Shown here: positions 18,359 through 26,631 of the stretch, piece by piece
Position numbering within the stretch: position 1 is the first letter of the stretch
Layout of the letters: each line of letters begins with the position of its first letter
Assembly (NCBI GenBank): GCA_964560035.1
Contig: CAZLKI010000001.1
Location: forward strand, 1 to 32,158
DNA from: an uncultured Synechococcus sp.
GTDB lineage: Bacteria; Cyanobacteriota; Cyanobacteriia; Pseudanabaenales; Pseudanabaenaceae
Direction of reading: 5' to 3'
Length of the DNA stretch: 32,158 nt
Program-made: the position numbers and the translations under genes
The notes under the pieces: model-generated
Seen by the model: only the letters and a program-made list of their open reading frames with translations
The model's database searches: none
Told to the model about the DNA's origin: nothing

Positions 18359-18952
18359 CTAGTTAGGAATACTTTTTAGGAAGTTACTTAGTAGTTGTTT
18401 TCCCGAAGTCGTCAGAATGCTCTCTGGATGGAACTGAACGCCTTGTACATGGGGATAATCACGATGACGTACCGCCATAATAATCTTGTCTTCCGTCCAT
18501 GCAGTAATTTCTAAAACTTCTGGGCAATGTTCGGGATCGATAACTAGACTGTGATAGCGGGTAGCGGTAAAAGGATTATCAAGTCCTTCTAAAATGCCAG
18601 TATTTTTATGATAAATCGCCGAGGTCTTACCATGCATGAGATAAGGGGCGCGAATTACCTCACCTCCATACATTAAGCCCATACTTTGATGCCCCAAACA
18701 TACGCCTAAAATCGGAATAGATGCTCCTAGTTCGCGGATCGCATCTAAAGATACTCCTGCCTCTTCAGGGCGACCGGGTCCGGGTGAGATCACGATCGCC
18801 TTAGGATTTAGTTCTTTAATCTGGGCGATCGCAATCTCATCATTCCGTTTAACCATCACTTCTCCTAAATGTGGATAATTGGGCAGTAACTCTCCTAAAT
18901 ACTGCACGAGGTTATAGGTAAAGCTATCGTAGTTATCTATTACAAGAATCAT
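18359..18952 (-). CDS. trpG: anthranilate/aminodeoxychorismate synthase glutamine amidotransferase subunit (TrpG/PabA)
   Basis: IDNYDSFTYNL, ISPGPG.P, LGVCLGHQ, RYHSL and GVQFHPES. Confidence 0.93.
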   Translation of the reverse strand: MILVIDNYDSFTYNLVQYLGELLPNYPHLGEVMVKRNDEIAIAQIKELNPKAIVISPGPGRPEEAGVSLDAIRELGASIPILGVCLGHQSMGLMYGGEVIRAPYLMHGKTSAIYHKNTGILEGLDNPFTATRYHSLVIDPEHCPEVLEITAWTEDKIIMAVRHRDYPHVQGVQFHPESILTTSGKQLLSNFLKSIPN

Positions 18953-18973
18953 GAGGTCTAATAATTAGGTCAG

Positions 18974-20200
18974 TTAGGTAGTATATTCGGCGTTAATCTT
19001 CACATAATCGTAACTTAGATCGCAGCCCCATGCAGTTCCTACTCCCGTACCATTACCAATATTGACGTTTATGTGCACGGTATCGCTTTTTAGATAATTA
19101 CTAGCAGCATCGCGATCGAATAATTGAGGTGTACCTTGGGACATCATCACAAACTCGCCCAAATGAATATCTAGTTCGGTTTGCTCGAAAATAATACCCG
19201 ATCGCCCTGCCGCCGCCGCAATTCTCCCCCAATTAGGATCGCGTCCAAATACCGCAGATTTAACCAAAGATGAACCTGCAATAGTCTTAGCAACTTGCCT
19301 AGCCGCAGCCCAATCTTTCGCACCACTAACCGTAATCTCAATTAAACAAGTAGCTCCCTCACCATCACGGGCGATCGCCTTTGCCAGATAAATACAAACT
19401 TCGGTTAACATCTCTTCTAGTTTTTGCGCCGATGCCGAATCTGCTTCCATAATCCCCGGTGTGCCAGATTGTCCGTTGCTCAGTGCCAAGAGCATATCGT
19501 TAGTGCTAGTATCGCCATCGACCGTAATTTGATTGAAACTGCGATCGCAAGCCCGACTGACCATTTCTTGCCACAAAGTTGGAGCTACTGCCGCATCACA
19601 GGTAATAAAAGCCAGCATTGTTGCCATATTCGGATGAATCATCCCCGATCCCTTAGAAATTCCACCAATCCTGACAGGGATGCCATCAAAATCAGCTTCG
19701 AGCGCGATCGCCTTAGTTACTAAATCGGTCGTAATAATTGCCTTCGCTGCTGCATCTCCACCCTCAGTCGATAACGCCGCGACTACCTTGGGAATGGCAG
19801 GACGAATTAAATCCATCCGTAGTTGTCGCCCAATTACACCCGTGGATGCCACTAATACAGCATCTTCAGTTTCTAAAGAGGTTTGTACAAGTTGTGCAGT
19901 TTCCACCGTATTACGCCAACCTTCTGCACCCGTACTGGCATTTGCCTGACCCGCATTACACAAAATTGCTTTAACCATTGCCCCAGATTCTAAAACCTGA
20001 CGATTAAAGTCCACACAGGCAGCCCGTACGCAAGATGTCGTAAATACTCCTGCGGCGATCGCCCCCACATCACTAACTATTAATGCTAAATCTGGCGCAC
20101 CCGAAGGTTTTAACCCAGCCGTAATCCCAGAGGCTCGATACCCTTTTGCTGCCGTTACCCCACCAGAAATCTCTTGCCAATCTGTCATCTGTTTATTCAA
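18974..20200 (-). CDS. argJ: ornithine acetyltransferase / N-acetylglutamate synthase ArgJ
   Basis: STGVIG, TTD, KGSGMIHPNMATML, DGDTSTND, RDGEGAT, DPNWGR and YVKINAEYTT; the start is probably the ATG at 20188. Confidence 0.97.
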   Translation of the reverse strand: MNKQMTDWQEISGGVTAAKGYRASGITAGLKPSGAPDLALIVSDVGAIAAGVFTTSCVRAACVDFNRQVLESGAMVKAILCNAGQANASTGAEGWRNTVETAQLVQTSLETEDAVLVASTGVIGRQLRMDLIRPAIPKVVAALSTEGGDAAAKAIITTDLVTKAIALEADFDGIPVRIGGISKGSGMIHPNMATMLAFITCDAAVAPTLWQEMVSRACDRSFNQITVDGDTSTNDMLLALSNGQSGTPGIMEADSASAQKLEEMLTEVCIYLAKAIARDGEGATCLIEITVSGAKDWAAARQVAKTIAGSSLVKSAVFGRDPNWGRIAAAAGRSGIIFEQTELDIHLGEFVMMSQGTPQLFDRDAASNYLKSDTVHINVNIGNGTGVGTAWGCDLSYDYVKINAEYTT

Positions 20201-20673
20201 ATGTTGTACAAATCTGTTGTGAGTTTTGATTATAGGACAATAATTTCTTAAGTCAGCTAAAGTCTAGGATCTTTAAAGTAAAAATGCAGCAATTCTCATT
20301 TTGAAAAATTAGTAAAATCCAAAGCTGAACTGAAACAGTTTAAACCTGCAATAAAGCAGCAAAAAGTCGATCTGAAGCAGCTTAAAAACTCATAACTAGA
20401 ATTACTGATATTCCCCCCATTTAATTGTCAACTATACTAATTGCTAAATTTAACGGTTGTCTTACAAAAATACATCAAACCAAAAAAAATCAACCCAAGT
20501 GTTCTTATAACTATTCAAATTAGTTATATCTAGCTAAAATCCTTAACAAATCTATATACTATTACGAAGATTGACCTATACTACGAAAGGAATATTAGAA
20601 CTTTGCCATGTTAAGTTTCTAACTCTACTTATAAAACTTCGATTAAAAAATTCAAATTTTATTAGATAACGAA

Positions 20674-21564
20674 ATGAGTGTAAACCTTCAGCAGCCAGTG
20701 AAAGCCCTGACTGTACCGATCGCTTTCATGGGAGCTCCTCAGGGGTTTAATCCCACTTTATGTTTGATGATTGGTTCGGTTATTCTGGCGATCGCTTCTA
20801 GTACTGGGTATTGGGTCTGGCATTGGGCGCATTGGGTGGTGTTTACAGCTAACTTTCTCTCCCTTTATGTATTGGGTACAGTCATTCACGATGCCTCACA
20901 TGGGGTAGCTCACCGAAATCGCTTGATCAATGCGGCAATGGGGCATATTTCGGCGGTGTTGCAGGGATTTGTCTATCCTGTCTTTACGAGGGTACATATG
21001 CAGCATCATGCAAATGTTAACGATCCCGAAAACGATCCCGATCACTTTGTTTCTACGGGTGGACCCTTGTGGTTAATTGCTGTGAGGTTTTTTTATCATG
21101 AAATATTCTTTTTTCAAAGGAAACTGTGGCGTAAAAATGAATTAGTCGAGTGGACAGTTAGCCGCATGATCTTAGTTTGTATTTTAATTGCAGGCTATGA
21201 GTTTGACTTTTTACCCTATATTCTCAACTATTGGTTCGTCCCTGCGGCAATTATGGGATTGGCTTTGGGCTTATTTTTTGACTATCTGCCCCATCGTCCA
21301 TTTAAAGAAACTTCACGTTGGAAAAATGCCAGAGTTTATCCTAGTTGGCTCCTCAATATTTTATTATTAGGGCAAAACTATCATCTAATTCATCATCTGT
21401 GGCCCTCCGTGCCTTGGTATAACTACAAGAGTGCTTATACCCAAATGAAACCTTTATTAGATGTTAATGATGCCCCACAAAGCTTAGGATTGCTAAAGCT
21501 CAATGATTTTGGTGGGTTTTTATACGATATTTTTTTGGGAATTCGGTTCCACGGTCATAAATGA
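20674..21564 (+). CDS. crtR: beta-carotene hydroxylase CrtR
   Basis: Histidine boxes HDASH, RVHMQHH and HLIHH; NDPENDPDHFVSTGGPLW and FFDYLPHRPF. Confidence 0.93.
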   Translation: MSVNLQQPVKALTVPIAFMGAPQGFNPTLCLMIGSVILAIASSTGYWVWHWAHWVVFTANFLSLYVLGTVIHDASHGVAHRNRLINAAMGHISAVLQGFVYPVFTRVHMQHHANVNDPENDPDHFVSTGGPLWLIAVRFFYHEIFFFQRKLWRKNELVEWTVSRMILVCILIAGYEFDFLPYILNYWFVPAAIMGLALGLFFDYLPHRPFKETSRWKNARVYPSWLLNILLLGQNYHLIHHLWPSVPWYNYKSAYTQMKPLLDVNDAPQSLGLLKLNDFGGFLYDIFLGIRFHGHK

Positions 21565-21569
21565 TGAAC

Positions 21570-21965
21570 CTACGCGGAGGGCTCAGTTAGATCCTTTAGT
21601 TCTTCAGATTGAGGCTTAGTATCAGTATCAGATTCTGTTTCGGAGTTGGTTTCAGATTTTGGCTCAGATAGACCGTCACCAAAGGCTAAGTCTAACTTCA
21701 TGCGGGTTTCCATTTGACTGAGAAAATAGCCTGTCATCATCGCCGATCCGATCAGGTTTGCTAGATTTTCGTGATTGGTGGTTACAGAAACCTGAAATTG
21801 AGAAGGAGGTAGCATTCCAACTAAGCCTTGAATATTATGATTTATAACTTGGCGAATTTCAGGGCTGACGTGCTTTGCCACTTGCTCGAGCGTTTCTGGA
21901 GACTGATTTTTTAGGTAGGTAAGTAAAGAGTTATTGGTTACACTCGTGTCTTGAATTTCAAACAT
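21570..21965 (-). CDS. DUF760 family protein
   Basis: LLxYL...PE...A..SPE.....NIQGLVG.LP...F.V...T..ENLA.L..SAMMTGYFL. Confidence 0.88.
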   Translation of the reverse strand: MFEIQDTSVTNNSLLTYLKNQSPETLEQVAKHVSPEIRQVINHNIQGLVGMLPPSQFQVSVTTNHENLANLIGSAMMTGYFLSQMETRMKLDLAFGDGLSEPKSETNSETESDTDTKPQSEELKDLTEPSA

Positions 21966-22148
21966 CTTGGAATATTCCTAAATTTGAGCTTTGAATCCAT
22001 ATATTCTCGCACTGCGATCGCTAGGTCTGGGGAAGGAAACCGATCTAATTAGGAGGCGATCGCCCTAATCTGGTTAAAAATTGTATGTCAAAATTGGGTG
22101 TAATAGAGCTAAGGCACAACCGTTTAAAGAATTTATAGAATAAAAAAT

Positions 22149-22472
22149 ATGGATAGCAACAATATTCTCAAACAATTATTAATGCTCGGAGTTGGAACTA
22201 CTTCTTTAATGATTGAAAAGCTGAAGGAAGTTACCGATGAATACGTCAAAGATGGTAAGTTTAATCCCGATCAAGCGTCAGATTTTATCAATGATTTCGG
22301 CGAGCGCTTTAAGTCCGAACAGATCAATCTTGAGGCATTAATTCAAAAGCAAATTCGCAATACTTTACAAGATTTGGGAGTTCCCAGGCAAAATGAAGTT
22401 GATGAACTCAGAGGAAGAATAGATCGCTTAGAACGGCAAGTTAGGGATTTGGAGAATAAAAATTGGCGTTAG
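22149..22472 (+). CDS. phasin-like (PhaF/PhaI-type) coiled-coil protein
   Basis: LGVGTTS...EKL....DE.VK.G and LGVPRQ.EVDELRGRIDRLE. Confidence 0.78.
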   Translation: MDSNNILKQLLMLGVGTTSLMIEKLKEVTDEYVKDGKFNPDQASDFINDFGERFKSEQINLEALIQKQIRNTLQDLGVPRQNEVDELRGRIDRLERQVRDLENKNWR

Positions 22473-23314
22473 GCACACTTTATCTTGTTGGTACCCCCAT
22501 TGGCAACCTTGATGATATAACGATGCGGGCAATTAAAACCCTGCAAAGTGTTGACCTAATTGCGGCGGAGGATACTCGGCATACGGGTAAGCTGCTCCAT
22601 CACTTCCAGATTGAGACTCCTCAGATTAGCTATCACACCCATAATAGTCATGCGCGTGTTCCCGAATTACTAACCCAATTACAAGATGGGAAATCTATGG
22701 CTTTGGTTAGCGATGCTGGGATGCCGAGCATTTCCGATCCAGGGTTAGAACTGGTTCAAGCTTGTATTGCCGCAAATATTGTTGTAGTCCCAATTCCGGG
22801 AGTTAGTGCTTGTACTACAGCTTTGGTAGCTTCGGGTTTACTTACCCATAGCTTTATCTTTGCTGGTTTTTTAGCAACGGACTCTCAACTACGGCGATCG
22901 CAGTTAGAACAATTAAAAATAGAGTCTCGCACGATCGTGATGTATGAGGCACCGCATCGGCTAGTTAGAACGCTTCAAGATCTGAGCCAATCTTTAGGTA
23001 CAGATCGTGCTATTGTGCTGGGACGAGAACTAACTAAGCTCCATGAAGAATTTTGGCGGGGAAATCTGTCAGAGGCGATCGCCCATTACAAAGATTGTGC
23101 TCCTAGAGGCGAATTTACCCTAGTCATAGCAGGATTACCCGTAAGCGATGCTCAAGTCTGGACAGAAACACAACTTAAATCTGAACTAGAGTCGATCATG
23201 TCAGAGGGCGTATCGCGATCGCAAGCAAGTCGGCAACTAGCTGAGCTTACAAAATTACCCCGTCGGCAACTCTATCAATTGGCTTTGAGTATCGATCCTG
23301 GGCAGGAGTCTTAA
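22463..23314 (+). CDS. rsmI: 16S rRNA C1402 2'-O-methyltransferase
   Basis: LYLVGTPIGNL.D, AAEDTR, LVSDAGMP.ISDPG, YEAPHRL, RELTKLHEE and RGEF. Confidence 0.97.
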   Translation: MALGTLYLVGTPIGNLDDITMRAIKTLQSVDLIAAEDTRHTGKLLHHFQIETPQISYHTHNSHARVPELLTQLQDGKSMALVSDAGMPSISDPGLELVQACIAANIVVVPIPGVSACTTALVASGLLTHSFIFAGFLATDSQLRRSQLEQLKIESRTIVMYEAPHRLVRTLQDLSQSLGTDRAIVLGRELTKLHEEFWRGNLSEAIAHYKDCAPRGEFTLVIAGLPVSDAQVWTETQLKSELESIMSEGVSRSQASRQLAELTKLPRRQLYQLALSIDPGQES

Positions 23315-23328
23315 TGGACATTAAAGAG

Positions 23329-23371
23329 TTTGTAAGAATATGTTGCAATTTCTTCAATAATCTGTTACATT
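23329..23371. promoter_or_regulatory. possible degenerate HLR1 (RpaB) sites upstream of hli
   Basis: GTTACATT at 23364-23371 matches the (G/T)TTACA(T/A)(T/A) half-site. A looser minus-strand pair GCAACATA-TT-CTTACAAA lies at 23329-23346. hli genes are known RpaB targets. Confidence 0.4.
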
Positions 23372-23406
23372 TCTTATTGTTAACAAATTAACACAGGACT
23401 AAAACA

Positions 23407-23559
23407 ATGGAAAATGACAATCGCAACGCTTGGACATATGGATTCACTGCTGGTGCTGAAAACTGGAATGGCCGTCTAGCTATGATCGGCTTTGTAGCCG
23501 CGCTCGCGGTCGAATTAGTTAGCGGACAAGGTGTTCTTCACTTCTGGGGCATCATCTAA
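23407..23559 (+). CDS. hli: high-light-inducible protein (Hli/Scp, one-helix chlorophyll-binding), 50 aa (not in the ORF track)
   Basis: Manual translation MENDNRNAWTYGFTAGAENWNGRLAMIGFVAALAVELVSGQGVLHFWGII*, with the ExxNGRLAMIG motif; SD AGGA upstream. Confidence 0.95.
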   Translation: MENDNRNAWTYGFTAGAENWNGRLAMIGFVAALAVELVSGQGVLHFWGII

Positions 23560-23580
23560 TATCGGATTTACTGTCTATTC

Positions 23581-23616
23581 AAGCTCTTACTAAAAATAGT
23601 GAGGGCTTATTTTTTT
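23581..23616 (+). terminator. intrinsic terminator of hli
   Basis: AAGCTCTTACTA-AAAA-TAGTGAGGGCTT stem (two G-U pairs) followed by ATTTTTTT. Confidence 0.75.
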
Positions 23617-23679
23617 ATTTACTGAATAAGATTTAGGAAATAAAATTTAAACTGATAAAGATTAAGTTGAAAATATCAA

Positions 23680-23913
23680 ATGCTAAAAATTTCACCATAC
23701 TCAGAAACATATAGACAAATAGATTTGCAGAACATTTCCGTGCAGTCATATCAACAAATTCTGAGCTTATATTCAACTGGTGACAGAAGTGAAATAAAGG
23801 TCATAGCTCAGTTAAAAAGAACAATTCGTGATTGCCAAAGAGAGATCGCTCAACAACGCCGAAATGCTTATCAATCAAGAAGAATTACGATGCAGCAACG
23901 GCGACCAATTTAG
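23680..23913 (+). CDS. hypothetical protein, 77 aa
   Basis: ATG-started ORF filling the intergenic space with no overlap; Q/R-rich helical C-terminus; no recognised motif. Confidence 0.45.
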   Translation: MLKISPYSETYRQIDLQNISVQSYQQILSLYSTGDRSEIKVIAQLKRTIRDCQREIAQQRRNAYQSRRITMQQRRPI

Positions 23914-23931
23914 TTCGTTCTGAAATCTAAC

Positions 23932-25206
23932 TTAACTTGGTTCCGACTTTTTGATTTGGTAACGCAAATATATTTCATTTTCATGTCGATATAGCGATCG
24001 CAGGCTTAAATTTGGGAATTCTTGCAGTCCGTAATCTTCTCCACCGATAATTGTAGAATTCTTAACCCCGCCGACTAATTTTGGACATACAGTTAGAAAT
24101 AGCTCATCACTCCAACCTGCGGATATAAACTCATAATTCAAGCTAGATCCACCCTCCACCATTAAGGTTTTAACTCCAAATTTCTGCCAAAGCAAATTTA
24201 ACATTTCGGCTAAGTTGCCATCGGGAGATAACCTAAAAACCTGTGCCTTTCGCGCAATAATCTCTTCAGTTTCTAAAGTAGCTTCAGCCCCCAAAAATAC
24301 TAGGCGGAAATCTCTCCCTGCCTCCCAAAACCGATGTTCTAAGGGTAAGTTACCACTATTACTAACTACTACCCCTAAAGGTTGATCGGCAAAGTTTTGT
24401 AATCTTTCGCTTAAAAGTTCTGATTTCACTGTAGGAATAAATGGGTCGGCTCTAAAAGTTTTTGCCCCAACTATAACTGCATCTACTTGCGATCGCAACC
24501 GATTCATAATTTGACGATCCATTTTCGAGCCCAAACCTGCTACTTGTCCCTGACTGGTCGTAGTTTTGCCATCAACACTAGCCACCATATTAAAAACTAT
24601 GTAAGGACGAGTTAAAGTTTGAGCTTTGTAATTAAATTTAATACCCTCAGTGGGAAAGGCTAACTCTGCAAATGTATAAATGTTGGGAGGATAATTGAAC
24701 TGATAAGTTTCGAGTATATTTTCGATAAACCTATGCCAGATTGGGTTTGGTGTCCAAATTTTATATAAATCTTTAAGGGCTAATTCGCGATCGCATAGTT
24801 GATAAATCTGCCTATATAAATAGATAAATGCCGAAACTCGCATATTCAGGTCGCAATGAATAAAAAGTTTATTTGTACCTATATCTGGATCTAGATCTTT
24901 GTCTAGATCTTTACCTAGATCGGACTTATCGACCCAACTGCGGTTGAGCGTCTCAGCAAATTTCTGAAAGTCCTCAATAGTCGGATTCTCCCAAATTACG
25001 GGAATATGGACGTACTCGATACCATAAGATTGGACGATTTCGGCTTCATTATCAATAGCATTTGTAGAAGTAGATAACGCCAAGTTAATAACTTTAGTAA
25101 AGCCCTCAGCCTTAATTAGAGCAAACTCCTCAACTGTAGGCTGTCCTGCGGTAGTAAGCCAATCGGAAATTTTTATAAAGTTATGAATGTTCTGGAGATG
25201 ATTCAT
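23932..25206 (-). CDS. fusion of a CX5R phosphatase-like (DUF442/Blh-like) domain and a RibD C-terminal/DHFR-fold reductase domain
   Basis: N-terminal TAGQPT, VINLA, YVHIPV and FIHCDLNMRVS. C-terminal RPYIVFNMVASVDGK, RLRSQVDAVIVGA.T, LMVEGGSSLN and DELFLTVCPKLVGG. Confidence 0.85.
   Translation of the reverse strand: MNHLQNIHNFIKISDWLTTAGQPTVEEFALIKAEGFTKVINLALSTSTNAIDNEAEIVQSYGIEYVHIPVIWENPTIEDFQKFAETLNRSWVDKSDLGKDLDKDLDPDIGTNKLFIHCDLNMRVSAFIYLYRQIYQLCDRELALKDLYKIWTPNPIWHRFIENILETYQFNYPPNIYTFAELAFPTEGIKFNYKAQTLTRPYIVFNMVASVDGKTTTSQGQVAGLGSKMDRQIMNRLRSQVDAVIVGAKTFRADPFIPTVKSELLSERLQNFADQPLGVVVSNSGNLPLEHRFWEAGRDFRLVFLGAEATLETEEIIARKAQVFRLSPDGNLAEMLNLLWQKFGVKTLMVEGGSSLNYEFISAGWSDELFLTVCPKLVGGVKNSTIIGGEDYGLQEFPNLSLRSLYRHENEIYLRYQIKKSEPS
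24890..24925. repeat. 12-bp in-frame tandem repeat x3 (encodes SDLG-KDLD-KDLD on the minus strand)
   Basis: TCTAGATCTTTG TCTAGATCTTTA CCTAGATCGGAC. Confidence 0.7.
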
Positions 25207-25230
25207 TTACTTGCAAATTAGTATGTAAAT

Positions 25231-26496
25231 TTAATAGGTCGGTATTGAACTATCAATCTCTTGACTCCAAGCATTGATTCCACCTTTAACATTGATGCCT
25301 TCTATACCTGCTTGTTTGAGGATTCCCAACGCCTTAAGCGATCGCCCTCCCAATTTACAATGCACTACCAATTTGCGCTCTCCCATTAAAGCTTTAACTT
25401 GCTCTACTCCATTTCCATTTTCAATATCTGGGAGGGGAATCAAAGTTGTATTTGGGATTCTGCCAATTTCCCATTCGCTCGGATTGCGAACATCGACAAT
25501 TACATAATCGGGATTATCAATTAATGATTGGAGCTCGGCAACTGTGATTTCGGGGATTTGGATTAGATCTTGTGATTCCATAGCTTTGGCTTGGGGGATT
25601 CCGCAGAATTGTTGATAGTCGATCAGTTCGGTAATTACTGGACGCACTGGATTGGGACGCAGCTTTAACTCTCGAAATTTCATTTCTAAAGCATCAAATA
25701 ATAGCAGCCGCCCGCTTAAAGTTGTACCTTTGCCTAAAATAATTTTTATAGTTTCTGTGGCTTGAATTACGCCAATAATGCCGGGTAAAATTCCTAAAAC
25801 TCCACCCTCAGCACAGGAAGGTACTAAACCCGGAGGTGGAGGTTCGGGATATAAATCACGATAATTTGGAGCGGTAGCATCGGCATCATAAATCCAGTCG
25901 CGATCGCCATCTCGCAAACTTTTCTTAGACTCAGGCGATAAACTATCCCAATCATCAGGACGCAGCCATCCACCTCGGTAATTAAATACTGTAGCTTGTC
26001 CCTCAAATCGATAAATAGAGCCGTATACATTGGGTTTGTTTAATAAAACGCAAGCGTCATTAACTAGATATCTAGTCGGAAAATTATCGGTGCCATCCAC
26101 CACAATGTCATAGGGTGCCATAATCTCTAAGGCATTTTCCGAGCTAATCATGGTCTGATAGAGATCCACTTGGCAGAAGGGATTAATTTCATAGATGCGA
26201 TCTTTTGCCGACTCAATTTTAGGCTTTCCGATCCAAGAAGTACCGTGAATAACCTGACGCTGAAGATTGGAAGCATCAACAATATCAAAATCGACAATCC
26301 CAATCCGTCCTACACCTGCGGCGGCTAAATACATTAATAGAGGTGCGCCCAAACCACCCGTACCAATACATAACACGCTGGCAGCTTTTAATCTTTTCTG
26401 TCCTTCTACGCCGACTTCGGGCAAAATCAGGTGGCGGGAGTAGCGTTCGTATTCTTGTTGATTAAATTGAATAGTCGTCAGATCTGGATCGAGCAT
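25231..26496 (-). CDS. moeB: molybdopterin-synthase adenylyltransferase with C-terminal rhodanese (MoeB/MoeZ)
   Basis: RYSRHLILPEVG..GQ.RL, IGTGGLG, SNLQRQ, DGTDNFPTRY, PSCAEGG and rhodanese DVR...HCKLGGRS...GGINAW. Confidence 0.93.
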   Translation of the reverse strand: MLDPDLTTIQFNQQEYERYSRHLILPEVGVEGQKRLKAASVLCIGTGGLGAPLLMYLAAAGVGRIGIVDFDIVDASNLQRQVIHGTSWIGKPKIESAKDRIYEINPFCQVDLYQTMISSENALEIMAPYDIVVDGTDNFPTRYLVNDACVLLNKPNVYGSIYRFEGQATVFNYRGGWLRPDDWDSLSPESKKSLRDGDRDWIYDADATAPNYRDLYPEPPPPGLVPSCAEGGVLGILPGIIGVIQATETIKIILGKGTTLSGRLLLFDALEMKFRELKLRPNPVRPVITELIDYQQFCGIPQAKAMESQDLIQIPEITVAELQSLIDNPDYVIVDVRNPSEWEIGRIPNTTLIPLPDIENGNGVEQVKALMGERKLVVHCKLGGRSLKALGILKQAGIEGINVKGGINAWSQEIDSSIPTY

Positions 26497-26582
26497 GGTT
26501 TATTATTTTGTAACCTAGAACTGCATTTTAACCCATCGATTTTAGTTATCACGCCTTACTTAAAATATCTCTACGTTCGATC

Positions 26583-26621
26583 CTTTTAACTCAATCTTTT
26601 AACTAAATCTTTTAACTTAAA
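26583..26621. repeat. 13-bp tandem repeat x3
   Basis: CTTTTAACTCAAT CTTTTAACTAAAT CTTTTAACTTAAA. Confidence 0.8.
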
Positions 26622-26631
26622 GTGAATCTCT

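Noticed and set aside
22014-22069. Palindrome ATTAGG-AGGCGATCGC-CCTAAT as an ncRNA or operator
   Set aside because: Largely explained by self-complementary HIP1 sites; no further supporting structure.
25870-25968. Intein or intron in moeB
   Set aside because: Only 33 aa, no N-terminal Cys/Ser or C-terminal His-Asn, and the frame is intact.
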